Assembly: GCA_964474825.1 (NCBI GenBank)
Contig: CAYYWQ010000001.1
Coordinates: 165,609 to 229,608 of the forward strand
Source: an uncultured Candidatus Saccharibacteria bacterium
GTDB taxonomy: Bacteria; Patescibacteriota; Doudnabacteria; UBA920
DNA: 64,000 bases
Direction: 5' to 3'
The notes beneath the pieces are model-generated. The model saw nothing but the letters and a program-made list of their open reading frames with translations. It ran no database searches and was not told the DNA's origin. The position numbers and the translations under genes are program-made. Below, piece by piece: positions 27,917-38,340 of this stretch. Positions within the stretch are counted from its first letter, which is position 1. Each line of letters opens with the position of its first letter.

Positions 27917-30900
27917 AAACGGGCCATGTCCCTATTTGTTTTTCCTTGTTGATCATTCATGAAAGTTTATATGATTATGGAAGAGATATGTTGCTATTTT
28001 CATCAAATTCTTTTTCCTGCTCTACGCCAAAGAACGCATATTTTATTTTGCCCTTCTTAGAGATTCCTTCATCTGGGTCTCCTCCAATTCTATTTGTCAG
28101 CTGAATTGTAAGCGTACCGTTTACAATAGATTTATTTAGCTGTTCTGTAATATCAATAATTTTTTCAGAATGGGTGCCATAAGTTGCTTTTACTATCTTA
28201 AACTTGTCTTTAGCCCCAAGATTTTTCAACAATGTTTTGCCTGTTAGTCGCTCACTCGACCCCTCAGGATTTTGATAAAGCTCTAAACCATATTGTTCAA
28301 TTTCACTAATAAATGAAGTCTTTTTTTCGAACAAAAGTTTATGTGCAAATAAAATATTAACCAAACTTTCCTTTTGTGGTAATGGTGTCTTTTTTAGTAT
28401 TTCAAATAGCTTTCTAGGTAAACCTTCTTTCCTGCTCTTGGGGATGTTTTGAATAACATTCCCACTTTGAAGGTAGCCTGAAATTTTGTTTTTCACCTCT
28501 TGGGATTCGCCATCATTATCAAGAATTGCTAGCCATACATCTAATAACTTTTCCTTGTGCTCATCACTCAATAGATTATATGAAGGAATGAGAAAACTGT
28601 GAGTTAAAAATCGCTGATCTAAATCTGTAAAACTAGCCGACCATTCTAAAAGCTTATCAAATATTCCATCTAAGAAACCATCATTTAGTTGTGATCGAAT
28701 TAACTCTATCTTTTGTAAAGCGAAGCGAATATTAACAAAATCTTTGGACTCGATTATAATTTGTTTTAAGCCCTCCAAATACAAGGTCTTCTTTTTGCTT
28801 GCATCAATACCGTTCAAGCCTTCTAACAGGAGAGTTTTTTGACCTTCGTCAACACTTGGTTGCAAGACTCTTTCAACTATAGATCTTTTTAAATCAGTTA
28901 CAAATTCTACTTTTTCTTCAGCAAATTTTAATAACAAACTCTTTATATCTTGGAATTCGTTACTTGAAGAAATTTGTTGTTCATAGACTTTTTTAAAATC
29001 ATCTTTGGCTGTTTCTGAAGCCTGCGAGAGTTTATTTATAAGGTTAACAATATCAAGCTTTAGCTTTTGTGGTATTACTGGATTGTTAATATATAAAATA
29101 TAATGGGGGGCTACTACCTCATAATAATCTTTTGTTATTTTTTCTTCCTTAATTATATTAATATAAAAATTAAGTACCGCTTCCTTTCCAGGGTTCCATT
29201 CTGGAATTTTGGGATTTGTAATAAATCCATTTAAGTTATTTAATAATTGGGCAATTTGCTTTTTGCTTAAAAATGGTATTATCTGAGAATTAACTTGCAA
29301 AGTTTTAGTACTCAACTCATCCAATGAACTAGGGTCGTTAGTGATAGTATTTAGACCATAAATAAGTTGGTCTATAAAACCTTCGCTAATAAATGATTTG
29401 GTGACTGTTTTGTTGGCTAGCAATAGTAAAGAAGTGTCTAAAACAGAAACCTTAAGATTATTATCTTGATAATATCGATAAATTAAATCTGAGATTTTTG
29501 TTTTGATTTGGGAAGTAAGTATGTCAACATTTTTGGAATAGGTCTCAATGATCTTGTTAAGTACCACTTTAGGATCATCACTCTCCAAAACTTTTGAATG
29601 CTCATCAAGGATTAGATCGCGCTGAGTAAATTGAGTTTTTGTATTACCGTTCAAGACTTTAAAAAGACTTTCGGATTTATAAGAACCTGCTTTAGCAAGA
29701 TGTGGAGTTTTGGCCGCTGATTGTGTAAATGCGTCTGCCAGTTTAGCTTTATATCCATCTGGAATTAAATCAAATATGGATAGAACCATATTTAAAATAT
29801 TGAAAACAGAAGCAAATTTATTTTGTCTTTGCTCTTGATTCAAGAGCGAACTAATTTGCTGAACTATATTTTGTTTCTCCTGCTCATTCGACTTTTTAAT
29901 TGTACTTAAGACAGACTCTTCTCTACCACTAATCAAAGAAATTTTAAGTTCCGAGCTTACGCCTAATACCCCGGCATAACCCTCTCTTTTTAAATTTATG
30001 AATTGTTCAAGCTTTAAAGATTGATATGGCCTTGATGCTTGTAGAAAATCAGAAAGGTTCTGGTCTTCAAGTTGCTTTTTTATCTCCTTTATTTTAGGTC
30101 CGTCTTCTGTACCGTTTCTCAAGTAAGTATCTGCGACTTGAAGGGCATCGGAATCATCAAGAAGAACTTTAAAGAAATTTGGCCATTCTTCTTGTAAGAT
30201 AATTAATTTGGATAAAAATGTGAGGTTGTTAGTTACTAGGCCTGTATCAATGTTTCCGAGCTCCTCTTGAGCTAAGGCTAAAAGATAGGTCGTACTTAAA
30301 TTATTGTAAAACTGCTTTATCTTTCTAGGAGTATGAGAAAAAGCATTTAAAACTAAATTGGCAATATTATCTTTTTCCTCATCGTCCTTAAATGGAATTG
30401 CAATCTGACATGAAATCTTGCTAATATACTTTTCTAAATCTCCTTTGAGAAAAGGTGATAAGCGTACTGTAACTTGAAAGAACTTCTTTAAAAAATCTCT
30501 GCTCTGAAGATCTTTTTCATTAGCACCAAGGTCGTCAGTTATAAGACCTTTTTTTAAATGATTCAATAGTGCCCCTTCGTCTACAGGAACAATATAAAGG
30601 CATCCATCGATATTTAAAAAAGTTTTTATTGTGCCTAATAATTCAATTGCTATTTCATTTGTGCACCTATCAAGATTATCAATTACGATAACGATTTTTT
30701 TAAACTTTTTCTTTGCAGTACTAACATATCTTTTAAAGACTTCCTCAAATTGCTCATCAGAAAATAAAGGACTATTTTCTTCGACCCAGTCTTTGACTTT
30801 AATCAAATTTTTAAGACCACTAACACCTCTAGATAAAATTGTTGCTAAGGAACTTGGCACTAATACTAAAACAATTTTATAAAACCATTCAATATTATAG

Positions 30901-31804
30901 TTAAATTGCCACAAGAACGAGGCTGCTAAAATAATCAAATACCAAAAGATAAACTGTAAAACCAAATTTTTTACTTCTTCTTTATCCCAGTATAAGTTGT
31001 AAGACTGTTTTTTTGTTGTTACCGTCGTATAAAAGATTAGTTTTAAATTATCATCAATATCTAAATCTGCTTTCATTTTGGCAAGAAACTGACGATAAAA
31101 AGCATTCTTTTGGTATTTCCAAGCATCAAAATACACGAAGCCAATATCTGATGCAGATTCTTGTAGTCTCTTTCTAAGAAATTTATTAACCAAAGTTGTT
31201 TTTCCAACTCCCCATTTACCCAAAACCCCAACTACAAAAGGCGTCTTAGCCTCCTTTGTAATAGCTTCAAGAGTATCAACATAGTGCTCATACCCAAATT
31301 CATCGAGATCCGAAGGTTCATCAATTAATAGAAGAGATTGGCCTTTTGCAAGAAGGTCTTTAAATTCTTTATCTTTCTTGTTATTCCACCAGCTTGTGAT
31401 GTCCATAATTATAATTTATACAAAAGTTAGTCCATAGGTATTTTACTCCCAATTAAGCCATTTTACAAAGACCCTTGATATTAAATAATCAAAGCCTATT
31501 TAAGAGTCTGACCACTAACCTGCGAAGATAATATCTCGCAACGGCTGACAGAAAATTTTATCAATTTTAGACTAATCTTGCGGTTTTATTTGTTTGGCTG
31601 ACAATGCAAGCTTTGCATATGCCACATCATCGTGAAAATCGTATTTAGCATGTTTATTTTTTGCAAACAAACGAGTGAGGATATCCATCCTTAGCAATTC
31701 ATTAGCTTCTCTTTTTGTCATACCTGAAACGTGAGCAGGCAAATATTCTAAAGGATAGTGTATGCCGCAGGCTTTGGAAAACAAAAAGGGGACATGACCC
31801 ATTT
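27917..31804. mobile_element. Inverted-repeat-bounded cassette carrying the KAP NTPase
   Basis: 27917-27945 AAACGGGCCATGTCCCTATTTGTTTTTCC versus the reverse complement of 31776-31804, AAATGGGTCATGTCCCCTTTTTGTTTTCC (23/29 identical); interior is AT-rich. Confidence 0.5.
27975..31406 (-). CDS. KAP-family P-loop NTPase with 2 TM helices, a long helical region and a C-terminal DUF3395/SUEL-lectin-like domain
   Basis: GKWGVGKT Walker A, FDAWKY, IVIDNLDRC Walker B, DFLKKFFQ and TPRKIKQF motifs; C-terminal KATYG...GGDP.EG..K. Confidence 0.88.
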   Translation of the reverse strand: MDITSWWNNKKDKEFKDLLAKGQSLLLIDEPSDLDEFGYEHYVDTLEAITKEAKTPFVVGVLGKWGVGKTTLVNKFLRKRLQESASDIGFVYFDAWKYQKNAFYRQFLAKMKADLDIDDNLKLIFYTTVTTKKQSYNLYWDKEEVKNLVLQFIFWYLIILAASFLWQFNYNIEWFYKIVLVLVPSSLATILSRGVSGLKNLIKVKDWVEENSPLFSDEQFEEVFKRYVSTAKKKFKKIVIVIDNLDRCTNEIAIELLGTIKTFLNIDGCLYIVPVDEGALLNHLKKGLITDDLGANEKDLQSRDFLKKFFQVTVRLSPFLKGDLEKYISKISCQIAIPFKDDEEKDNIANLVLNAFSHTPRKIKQFYNNLSTTYLLALAQEELGNIDTGLVTNNLTFLSKLIILQEEWPNFFKVLLDDSDALQVADTYLRNGTEDGPKIKEIKKQLEDQNLSDFLQASRPYQSLKLEQFINLKREGYAGVLGVSSELKISLISGREESVLSTIKKSNEQEKQNIVQQISSLLNQEQRQNKFASVFNILNMVLSIFDLIPDGYKAKLADAFTQSAAKTPHLAKAGSYKSESLFKVLNGNTKTQFTQRDLILDEHSKVLESDDPKVVLNKIIETYSKNVDILTSQIKTKISDLIYRYYQDNNLKVSVLDTSLLLLANKTVTKSFISEGFIDQLIYGLNTITNDPSSLDELSTKTLQVNSQIIPFLSKKQIAQLLNNLNGFITNPKIPEWNPGKEAVLNFYINIIKEEKITKDYYEVVAPHYILYINNPVIPQKLKLDIVNLINKLSQASETAKDDFKKVYEQQISSSNEFQDIKSLLLKFAEEKVEFVTDLKRSIVERVLQPSVDEGQKTLLLEGLNGIDASKKKTLYLEGLKQIIIESKDFVNIRFALQKIELIRSQLNDGFLDGIFDKLLEWSASFTDLDQRFLTHSFLIPSYNLLSDEHKEKLLDVWLAILDNDGESQEVKNKISGYLQSGNVIQNIPKSRKEGLPRKLFEILKKTPLPQKESLVNILFAHKLLFEKKTSFISEIEQYGLELYQNPEGSSERLTGKTLLKNLGAKDKFKIVKATYGTHSEKIIDITEQLNKSIVNGTLTIQLTNRIGGDPDEGISKKGKIKYAFFGVEQEKEFDENSNISLP

Positions 31805-31828
31805 AAAAACGCCGCATGGCGTTTTTTT
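31805..31828. terminator. Bidirectional terminator
   Basis: AAAAACGCC-GCAT-GGCGTTTTTTT. Confidence 0.7.
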
Positions 31829-31866
31829 GTGTGCACCTAGGTTGCGCTTATGGGAGGAGTAGGGGA

Positions 31867-32151
31867 CTAGTTTATAAATTCTTTTAGCATTTGTTTTACG
31901 GTGGTTTTTCCTTTTGTTGTTTTAAAATAAGCTTCTCTTCTTAGGGCGTCTTGTTTGTTGGGAAAAGCTTCGTAAAAAATTAGTTCCAACGGCCGGCGGT
32001 TTTTGGTCGAAACATTTTTACCCATATTATGGTCATAAACTCTTTGTTTTAAGTCATCGGAATAGCCAATATAAAACAGCCCGTCTTTGAGGCTGCGGAG
32101 GATGTAGACATAATGAAATTTTATAGACATAAGTTTATGATTAATCTTCAT
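31867..32151 (-). CDS. Small GIY-YIG nuclease (YazA-like)
   Basis: YVYILRS...FYIGYS.DL..R...HN.G and ALRREAYFK motifs. Confidence 0.92.
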   Translation of the reverse strand: MKINHKLMSIKFHYVYILRSLKDGLFYIGYSDDLKQRVYDHNMGKNVSTKNRRPLELIFYEAFPNKQDALRREAYFKTTKGKTTVKQMLKEFIN

Positions 32152-32177
32152 TAATCATATTGTATCAAAACTATTCG

Positions 32178-32298
32178 GCCCTGTACTGCTCACGGTTTAT
32201 GGCCGCGCCACGACCCTAAATTGAAAATTTAGGGCTTGACCCGAGCGAACAAGGTACAGCCCTGAACCAGTCGCCATCAAATGGCTCCGGTACAGGGC
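32178..32298. repeat. Nested palindromic region upstream of the GIY-YIG gene
   Basis: GCCCTGTAC / GTACAGGGC IR enclosing CCCTAAATT-GAA-AATTTAGGG. Confidence 0.55.
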
Positions 32299-32570
32299 AC
32301 TCACCACTCTTTAACCTGACGGTTCGCGAGTGGTTCGTGGTGGAGCACATCGAGAGGCTGGCAAAACGTTATTTGGCTTAGTTAAAGAGATTTATTTTTT
32401 GATGGTTACTACAAAAGCTATTGCTTAGATTTTTATTAGAACCATTTTACTTACTATGTAAAGGTTAAACAGGTTTTCTAAATGAGAAAAATACAAATAA
32501 ATTTTTGTTAGACAACAAGCCCTAAAAAAGATATAATAATAAGGTAAAGTAGTCAAAATCCACCGAAATT

Positions 32571-33992
32571 ATGACAGAAAAGCAAACAAAAGAAATAGAA
32601 AGCAATATACTGAAACTAGATAATGTGTTAAAGAAAAAATATACTTCCAAGCTGGAAGTTAATTTTGATTTGAAGAGAACCCTAGTTAGTTTTCAGGCTA
32701 ATAAAATAGAATCTGGGTACCGTTGGTATAAATTTAAAGAAGGGTTCTCGTCATCTCTAGTTAAGTATTGTCTTAAAAAAGCAGGTTTAAAGAAAGGTAA
32801 AATACTTGATCCCTTTGCAGGAAGTGGTACTTCATTGTTTGTTGGTGTTGAGGAAGGACTGGATGCCACAGGAATCGAGTTATTGCCCATAGGTCGTGAA
32901 ATTATAAAAGCCAGAGAATTCGCATTACAGACAGATAAAGAAAAACTAAGGTCCATAATAGCAGATTGGATAAAGAATAAGCCTTGGAAAGACCCCAAGA
33001 TAAAAGCCAAGCACTTAAAGTATTTAAATATTACTAAGGATGCTTTTCCCGATGAGACCGAGGTTGAGCTAGGTAGATATCTAACATATTGTGAAAAATT
33101 AAAGGACAAAGACCTGTCTCAGTTTTTTAGATTTGCTGCATTATGTATTTTAGAAGAAATTAGTTATACACGAAAAGATGGTCAATATTTAAGATGGGAT
33201 CACAGGTCACGTAGAACTAATGGCAGTAAAATTTTCAACAAAGGATTAATAAAAACCTTTGACCAGGCTATTAGTTCAAAGTTAGACCAAATTTGTATAG
33301 ATTTAAATAAAGAAGAAATTGATTTATTTTCAAAGGTTGGAAATAAAGAAATCGGAAGCATAGAATTGCTTGAAGGATCTTGTTTAGATGTTCTCCCTAA
33401 GCTTAAAGCTAAGAGCTATGACTTTGTTATGACTTCTCCACCTTATTGCAATAGATACGATTACACTCGTACCTATGCTTTAGAATTAGCCTTACTTGAG
33501 GTAGAAGAACAGGAATTGAAAGATTTAAGACAGACAATGCTTTCCTGTACAGTTGAAAATAGAGAAAAGAGTGATTTGAAAAATAAATTTTCTAGAGAGG
33601 TTTTTGAAGAAGCTTCAAAGGCATTTGATTCTCAAAAGCTCTTAAAATCTATACTAGATTATCTAGAGATATTAAAAAAAGAAAAAAAGCTCAATAACAC
33701 TGGGATCGTCAGAATGATCCGTAACTATTTTTATGAAACAAGCTTAGTAATATTTGAATGCTCCAGAATTCTGAAATCTGGTGGATACTTTTTCATGGTC
33801 AATGATAATGTTAGGTATGCCAGTATAAACATTCCTGTTGATCTTATTTCTTCAGAATTTGCCAAAGCAGCCGGATTCAATGTAGAAAAAATATGGGTCT
33901 TACCAATAGGAAAAGGCAATAGTAGCCAACAAATGGGACTACATGGAAGAGAGGAATTGAGAAAATGTGTCTACGTCTGGCGCAAAATCTAA
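32571..33992 (+). CDS. N4-cytosine DNA methyltransferase (AvaI/BsoBI-like)
   Basis: ILDPFAGSGT SAM motif and TSPPY catalytic motif; convergent with the REase gene. Confidence 0.9.
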   Translation: MTEKQTKEIESNILKLDNVLKKKYTSKLEVNFDLKRTLVSFQANKIESGYRWYKFKEGFSSSLVKYCLKKAGLKKGKILDPFAGSGTSLFVGVEEGLDATGIELLPIGREIIKAREFALQTDKEKLRSIIADWIKNKPWKDPKIKAKHLKYLNITKDAFPDETEVELGRYLTYCEKLKDKDLSQFFRFAALCILEEISYTRKDGQYLRWDHRSRRTNGSKIFNKGLIKTFDQAISSKLDQICIDLNKEEIDLFSKVGNKEIGSIELLEGSCLDVLPKLKAKSYDFVMTSPPYCNRYDYTRTYALELALLEVEEQELKDLRQTMLSCTVENREKSDLKNKFSREVFEEASKAFDSQKLLKSILDYLEILKKEKKLNNTGIVRMIRNYFYETSLVIFECSRILKSGGYFFMVNDNVRYASINIPVDLISSEFAKAAGFNVEKIWVLPIGKGNSSQQMGLHGREELRKCVYVWRKI

Positions 33993-34888
33993 AGAGAAAT
34001 TAGCCAGGATATTAAGCCCTCAAACTGAGTATCAGAATTTAGATTAGCTGCACAAGCTAGTCTTTTTTCTTGTAGCTGGTTGTAAATCTCTACTGCCATA
34101 GCATTCTCAATTGCAGCACCTACGAAAAATAATTTAGGCTTATTTTTATTATCTTCAAAGACTTTTCTAATTCTGTCTAAAGCACTATTGGCCGTTTTCC
34201 AATGTTCATCTGCTCCAGCAGGGTCAATTCCTCCCTTTAATTCACCACACGCAAGATAACGATTCTTATCATTAAAAATGTCTTTAGTGATTTTAGTTAA
34301 GCCTGTTGTGTCGAGTAGAATTGCATCAATATTTTTACCAATTAGAGCAGGCTTGAAATCAAAAACCAAAAATCTTTTTGGCCAAGTAAGGCTTTGAACT
34401 TTCCCAGAATCACTTGCTTTAGCTTCGAGTTCAATCTTCTTTGCTTTCAATTTTTTTACTATAGCACCAGCTAATTTGTTACCTGCTAATGCCCCAGTCT
34501 TATTCCTTGAAATACCTCCTAATGTATCGCCCTTGGTAAGTAAGTATCTATACACAAGCTCTTGAGTAAAATTGTCTCCGGCAGTAATTTGATATTTATT
34601 TAAAGCCTCTTTTAAGGCTGCCTTTAAGTCTTCCTCAGAAAGGTGATTAATGGCTTTATCAGAAAACCCAACCGCAGCAATTAACTCCAGTCTATGATGC
34701 GAAAAAAACTCAGGTTTGAAAATATCCTCAATAGTTTTTACTTTTGATAATCCTTCTTTAAATGTCTCTGCTTTTACTAAGTAAGGATGAGCACTGCTTT
34801 CTTTAAAAAGTGCTTGCGTTAAAAACCCCTTCCTTACATTGTACGGGGAAGTAACCAAATCCTCTGGCTTATCAATTGAGTCAGTCAT
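33989..34888 (-). CDS. Type II restriction endonuclease, BsoBI/AvaI family
   Basis: ELVYRYLLTKGDTLGG and GELKGGIDPAGADEHWKTA signatures. Confidence 0.9.
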   Translation of the reverse strand: MTDSIDKPEDLVTSPYNVRKGFLTQALFKESSAHPYLVKAETFKEGLSKVKTIEDIFKPEFFSHHRLELIAAVGFSDKAINHLSEEDLKAALKEALNKYQITAGDNFTQELVYRYLLTKGDTLGGISRNKTGALAGNKLAGAIVKKLKAKKIELEAKASDSGKVQSLTWPKRFLVFDFKPALIGKNIDAILLDTTGLTKITKDIFNDKNRYLACGELKGGIDPAGADEHWKTANSALDRIRKVFEDNKNKPKLFFVGAAIENAMAVEIYNQLQEKRLACAANLNSDTQFEGLISWLISL

Positions 34889-35021
34889 TCTATATAATTA
34901 AGCTAAATAATTATCTGTATTTTACTCCTTAGCAACGGACTTGGCAAGAAAAAGGCTTATAAATATAAGCAAACAGTTTGCCAAATCAATACCCTCAAGC
35001 TGACTAAGTTTCTCAAACTCG

Positions 35022-36899
35022 CTATTTCCATTTATCAATTAGGGTCATTGTTTCGTTCCTTGGTGCATATTTCTTTTCTATTTCCCCAATATCAACTACA
35101 ACAGGGACTTGTGCCAGTAAGCCTGCAAGTATACAAGTTCCCGTGGGTAAAATTGGTATGTAGTCAAAAGACACCTTATCCAAAAAAGAAATAGTCTTTT
35201 CGACAGCCTTTATGTCTTCTTGGTTAATTAGTCTGTGTAGGAAGTAATTATGAAGTTGAGAAATTATTGTTTGAGAAATATCTGAAGGTCTCTGGCTAGC
35301 AATAGTTAGGAATACCCCAAATTTTCTCCCTTCTTTTATTATTTCTTCAAAAGTTTCTAATCGATAATCTTTCCATTGTTCACTTTCTCTTTCTGAATCG
35401 TCGGATAAGATATTATGAGCCTCGTCGATAATAATGTTTAGGAAAGTGTTATCGTGTTTTTTCTTTTTTTCATTATATAAGCTCTTGCAAAGAAGCAATG
35501 GAAGTATTTTTCTAATATGGATATCTTCAACGTCTTTAAATGATACAATGGTTATATTTGGTTTTATATTGTTTGAATCTTGTGTTTGAACATCTTTAAC
35601 TTCAATAACCTTTTCTAATTCAGGGTATCTGCTATCCATTCTTTTAATTAAAGGAGATAAGTGCTCACGGTTTGCATGACCTTTAATAATATCGTCATAA
35701 TATTTTATAACAACCTTTAATCTAATAAGATTTATACTTGAATGGTTAAATTCTAGTTCGTCAATAATTCCTTTTAAAGGTTGAAGAATGTCCGTATTAA
35801 TACCTTCTTGACCATATTGATCAGTTGCCCCAATGTTCATATAAGAGCCTGTGGTTCCATTGAAGCCTAATTTTTCACTAAGAATATTTTTTGCATCTTC
35901 AAGCTTTTCGAAATTATTTACGCTAGTATATAAATCAGAAAATAATTCTATAAAAATTTTTGATCCCAAATTTTTATCTTTTTTATCAATCGTTTCTTTT
36001 ACCATCGAATACAATTTCGTTCTTAAGTTAGCATTAAAATTATCTCCTTCAAAGATTCTTTTCAAAGCACGGCTTGTCATAACGCTTCTCAAAAAGGGAG
36101 TTTGTGTTTTTTCAGTTGCCTCCAAATATATAGCCCAAAATATGGGATCGTTTAAAGTCTCTTCCGATACAGGAAATTTTTTACTTTCTTGACCTAACCT
36201 CGTTGAAAGTTTATAAATGTTTTTATATTTTTCTTCTACTATCCCATTTGGGTGATCGTATTCCCCATTAAAATCAACTAAGAAAAATTGAGCCTTTTTC
36301 TTAAAGCCATTGTTGTCTTTATATTTTTCAAAAAGTTCGTGGTAAATTTTTGCTAAGGTATAGGATTTACCACTGCCAGTATTTCCGAATATACCGATAT
36401 GACTTGCAAAAAGACTATTGATACCCACTCCTATACGCTGTCCTTTTTCAAGCGACAGCACACCAATATATATAGGTTCGTCAGTTCCTTTTATGAAATT
36501 ATGGACTTGGTCAAATTCATCTTTTTCCAACAAATAGCATTCATTATCAATCAAGGGGAGCTCTTTTATACCTCTTTCAAAATTTTGCCCCTCAAAAAAT
36601 CCTAACAAGCTAATGCTTAGAGTCCTGCTAATTTTATCTCCTTCATTTTTATAACTCTTTTCTGCAAACTGTTTATCTTCAGTGACAAACTCACCGTCAA
36701 CTTTTCCAATAATTTTTATAAAACCTTTTGCTATTTTAACGTACCCTCCGACTGATATGTTTTTTAAAAGCTCCCCTCTATATAAAAGATTTGAGGAGTT
36801 TTTACTTTTATCAACCTTTACTTTTATCACCCTGCCTTCAACAGAGATGACCTTTCCTATTTTAAAAATAGAATCTTTTAATAGAGAGTCGTCGTTCAT
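35022..36899 (-). CDS. HerA-family ATPase (Sir2-HerA defence)
   Basis: HIGIFGNTGSGKS, DFNGEY, IIIDEAH, EGRKFG and SQRPS motifs; N-terminal HAS-barrel-like region. Confidence 0.92.
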   Translation of the reverse strand: MNDDSLLKDSIFKIGKVISVEGRVIKVKVDKSKNSSNLLYRGELLKNISVGGYVKIAKGFIKIIGKVDGEFVTEDKQFAEKSYKNEGDKISRTLSISLLGFFEGQNFERGIKELPLIDNECYLLEKDEFDQVHNFIKGTDEPIYIGVLSLEKGQRIGVGINSLFASHIGIFGNTGSGKSYTLAKIYHELFEKYKDNNGFKKKAQFFLVDFNGEYDHPNGIVEEKYKNIYKLSTRLGQESKKFPVSEETLNDPIFWAIYLEATEKTQTPFLRSVMTSRALKRIFEGDNFNANLRTKLYSMVKETIDKKDKNLGSKIFIELFSDLYTSVNNFEKLEDAKNILSEKLGFNGTTGSYMNIGATDQYGQEGINTDILQPLKGIIDELEFNHSSINLIRLKVVIKYYDDIIKGHANREHLSPLIKRMDSRYPELEKVIEVKDVQTQDSNNIKPNITIVSFKDVEDIHIRKILPLLLCKSLYNEKKKKHDNTFLNIIIDEAHNILSDDSERESEQWKDYRLETFEEIIKEGRKFGVFLTIASQRPSDISQTIISQLHNYFLHRLINQEDIKAVEKTISFLDKVSFDYIPILPTGTCILAGLLAQVPVVVDIGEIEKKYAPRNETMTLIDKWK

Positions 36900-36911
36900 G
36901 AGGATTTTACA

Positions 36912-38072
36912 TTAGTCCGAAATCTTTTTAACAATTTTGCTAAATATTTCTTTGTCAATATTTTGTAAATTCAATTCAAACATATCTTCTTTCTTCCCTT
37001 GAAGCCTAGCTATTAGAGAGCCGGCTTTTTGGGGAGGAGTTAAAATATGAATATTATTGTTTTTGATTTTATCAAAATCAATAATTTTTCTAAGCGTCTT
37101 TTCTGTGTTTGTAGAATGAGCGAGAATAAAAATTCTCAATGTTGGGTTAGAATCCGCAGCCCTTAACGTAAGCGCTCTTATATGCTGGTCTCTAAAGGAA
37201 AAACCCATAACAAATAAAACGGTGTTTTCTTTTTCTAACTCGTTTGAGTAAGACCTTAGCAATCCATAATAGGTTTCATTAAGAACTGTATCCTTTAATT
37301 TTGCTTCTGTAGGGTTAACAATGGCAAAATCTTTGTAGCTTGCCATAAATTGTTTAATTTCGTCAATACATTTTAGGCCATTAGATTTTTTTATTAAATC
37401 TTGTTCCTTATCTTTTTTGTCGATAGTAATAATTTTATCTTTTGGAATTTTGATCTCATTTAATTTTTTAATAAGTTCTAAATTCGATGAAAATTTTATT
37501 TCCTTATTTTCGATTTGCCAAGTTAAAGATCCGTGCATTTTTAACACATTAAATACTGGTATCTCCGAGGTGTTGTCGTAATAAAGACTTTTTTTAAAAT
37601 AAGATTTTTTAAAATTACCTAGATTAAAAGCAGGTTTAAATCTGCCACAGAAACCATCATTAAATTCAAGGCCACTTTCCTCTAAACTTTTTTCTAAAAA
37701 TAAATCAATATTGGTTGTAAACAAATTTGCCTGTTTGCAAAAAATATTTTTTCTTTTTAATAACAAAGTGTTTATAGATGTTAAAAAGTTTCTATAATTT
37801 TGTAAGACTTCATTTGGTTCATTTTCATTTTGTAGAATCCCGACATTTTTTGAAATTACTCCGTCAAAGTAGTGTTTGTAAAGCGATGACGTGATAATCT
37901 CTTTTTGTTCGGCTTCAACTATTTGGTTTTTATTCTCTTCAAAAATCCCAAGTAAATTTTCTATATTTTCTAGGCAATCTAAATACGGTCTCGACATCCC
38001 AGCCCCAATTAAAAAGTTTATGTTTGCACTTTCTATTACACTTTGTATTTCGTCTAGGTTATGTGTATCCAT
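36912..38072 (-). CDS. SIR2-family NADase (Sir2-HerA defence)
   Basis: FLIGAGMS, FTTNID, KMHGSL and GFSFRDQHI motifs; immediately upstream of herA. Confidence 0.92.
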   Translation of the reverse strand: MDTHNLDEIQSVIESANINFLIGAGMSRPYLDCLENIENLLGIFEENKNQIVEAEQKEIITSSLYKHYFDGVISKNVGILQNENEPNEVLQNYRNFLTSINTLLLKRKNIFCKQANLFTTNIDLFLEKSLEESGLEFNDGFCGRFKPAFNLGNFKKSYFKKSLYYDNTSEIPVFNVLKMHGSLTWQIENKEIKFSSNLELIKKLNEIKIPKDKIITIDKKDKEQDLIKKSNGLKCIDEIKQFMASYKDFAIVNPTEAKLKDTVLNETYYGLLRSYSNELEKENTVLFVMGFSFRDQHIRALTLRAADSNPTLRIFILAHSTNTEKTLRKIIDFDKIKNNNIHILTPPQKAGSLIARLQGKKEDMFELNLQNIDKEIFSKIVKKISD

Positions 38073-38222
38073 AAATAGGCAGATTAACAGATCAAAAAGT
38101 AACTATGCATGTATTTTACTCCTATCTAAGCGGTTTTACAAAGGGGGTGGATTCCGATATAATTTAAATAACAACTGAATAAAGTAGCCTAAACCACTAG
38201 TAATATTGGCATGGCGAAAAAA

Positions 38223-38316
38223 ACCACAGAAATGTAAAGACGGTCACCTGTCTTGTCTTAACCATTTCTGTGGTCACTATCCGAAAGGGTAGCGGGGCAA
38301 GCGGGTGGCCTTTTTT
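38223..38316 (+). promoter_or_regulatory. Structured leader RNA with alternative pairings
   Basis: 12-bp stem 38223-38234/38263-38274; GAAA hairpin 38277-38292; GGTCAC occurs twice, each able to pair with GTGGCC before a T6 run. Confidence 0.5.
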
Positions 38317-38340
38317 GATTCCCGTAGAAAGGTTAAAAAT

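Noticed and set aside
31572-31802. 76-aa ORF as a transposase remnant
   Set aside because: No HUH or DDE motif is recognisable, and its start lies inside the inverted repeat; left uncalled.
38223-38316. Self-cleaving ribozyme or known riboswitch
   Set aside because: I could not fit HDV, hammerhead or riboswitch consensus cores on either strand.
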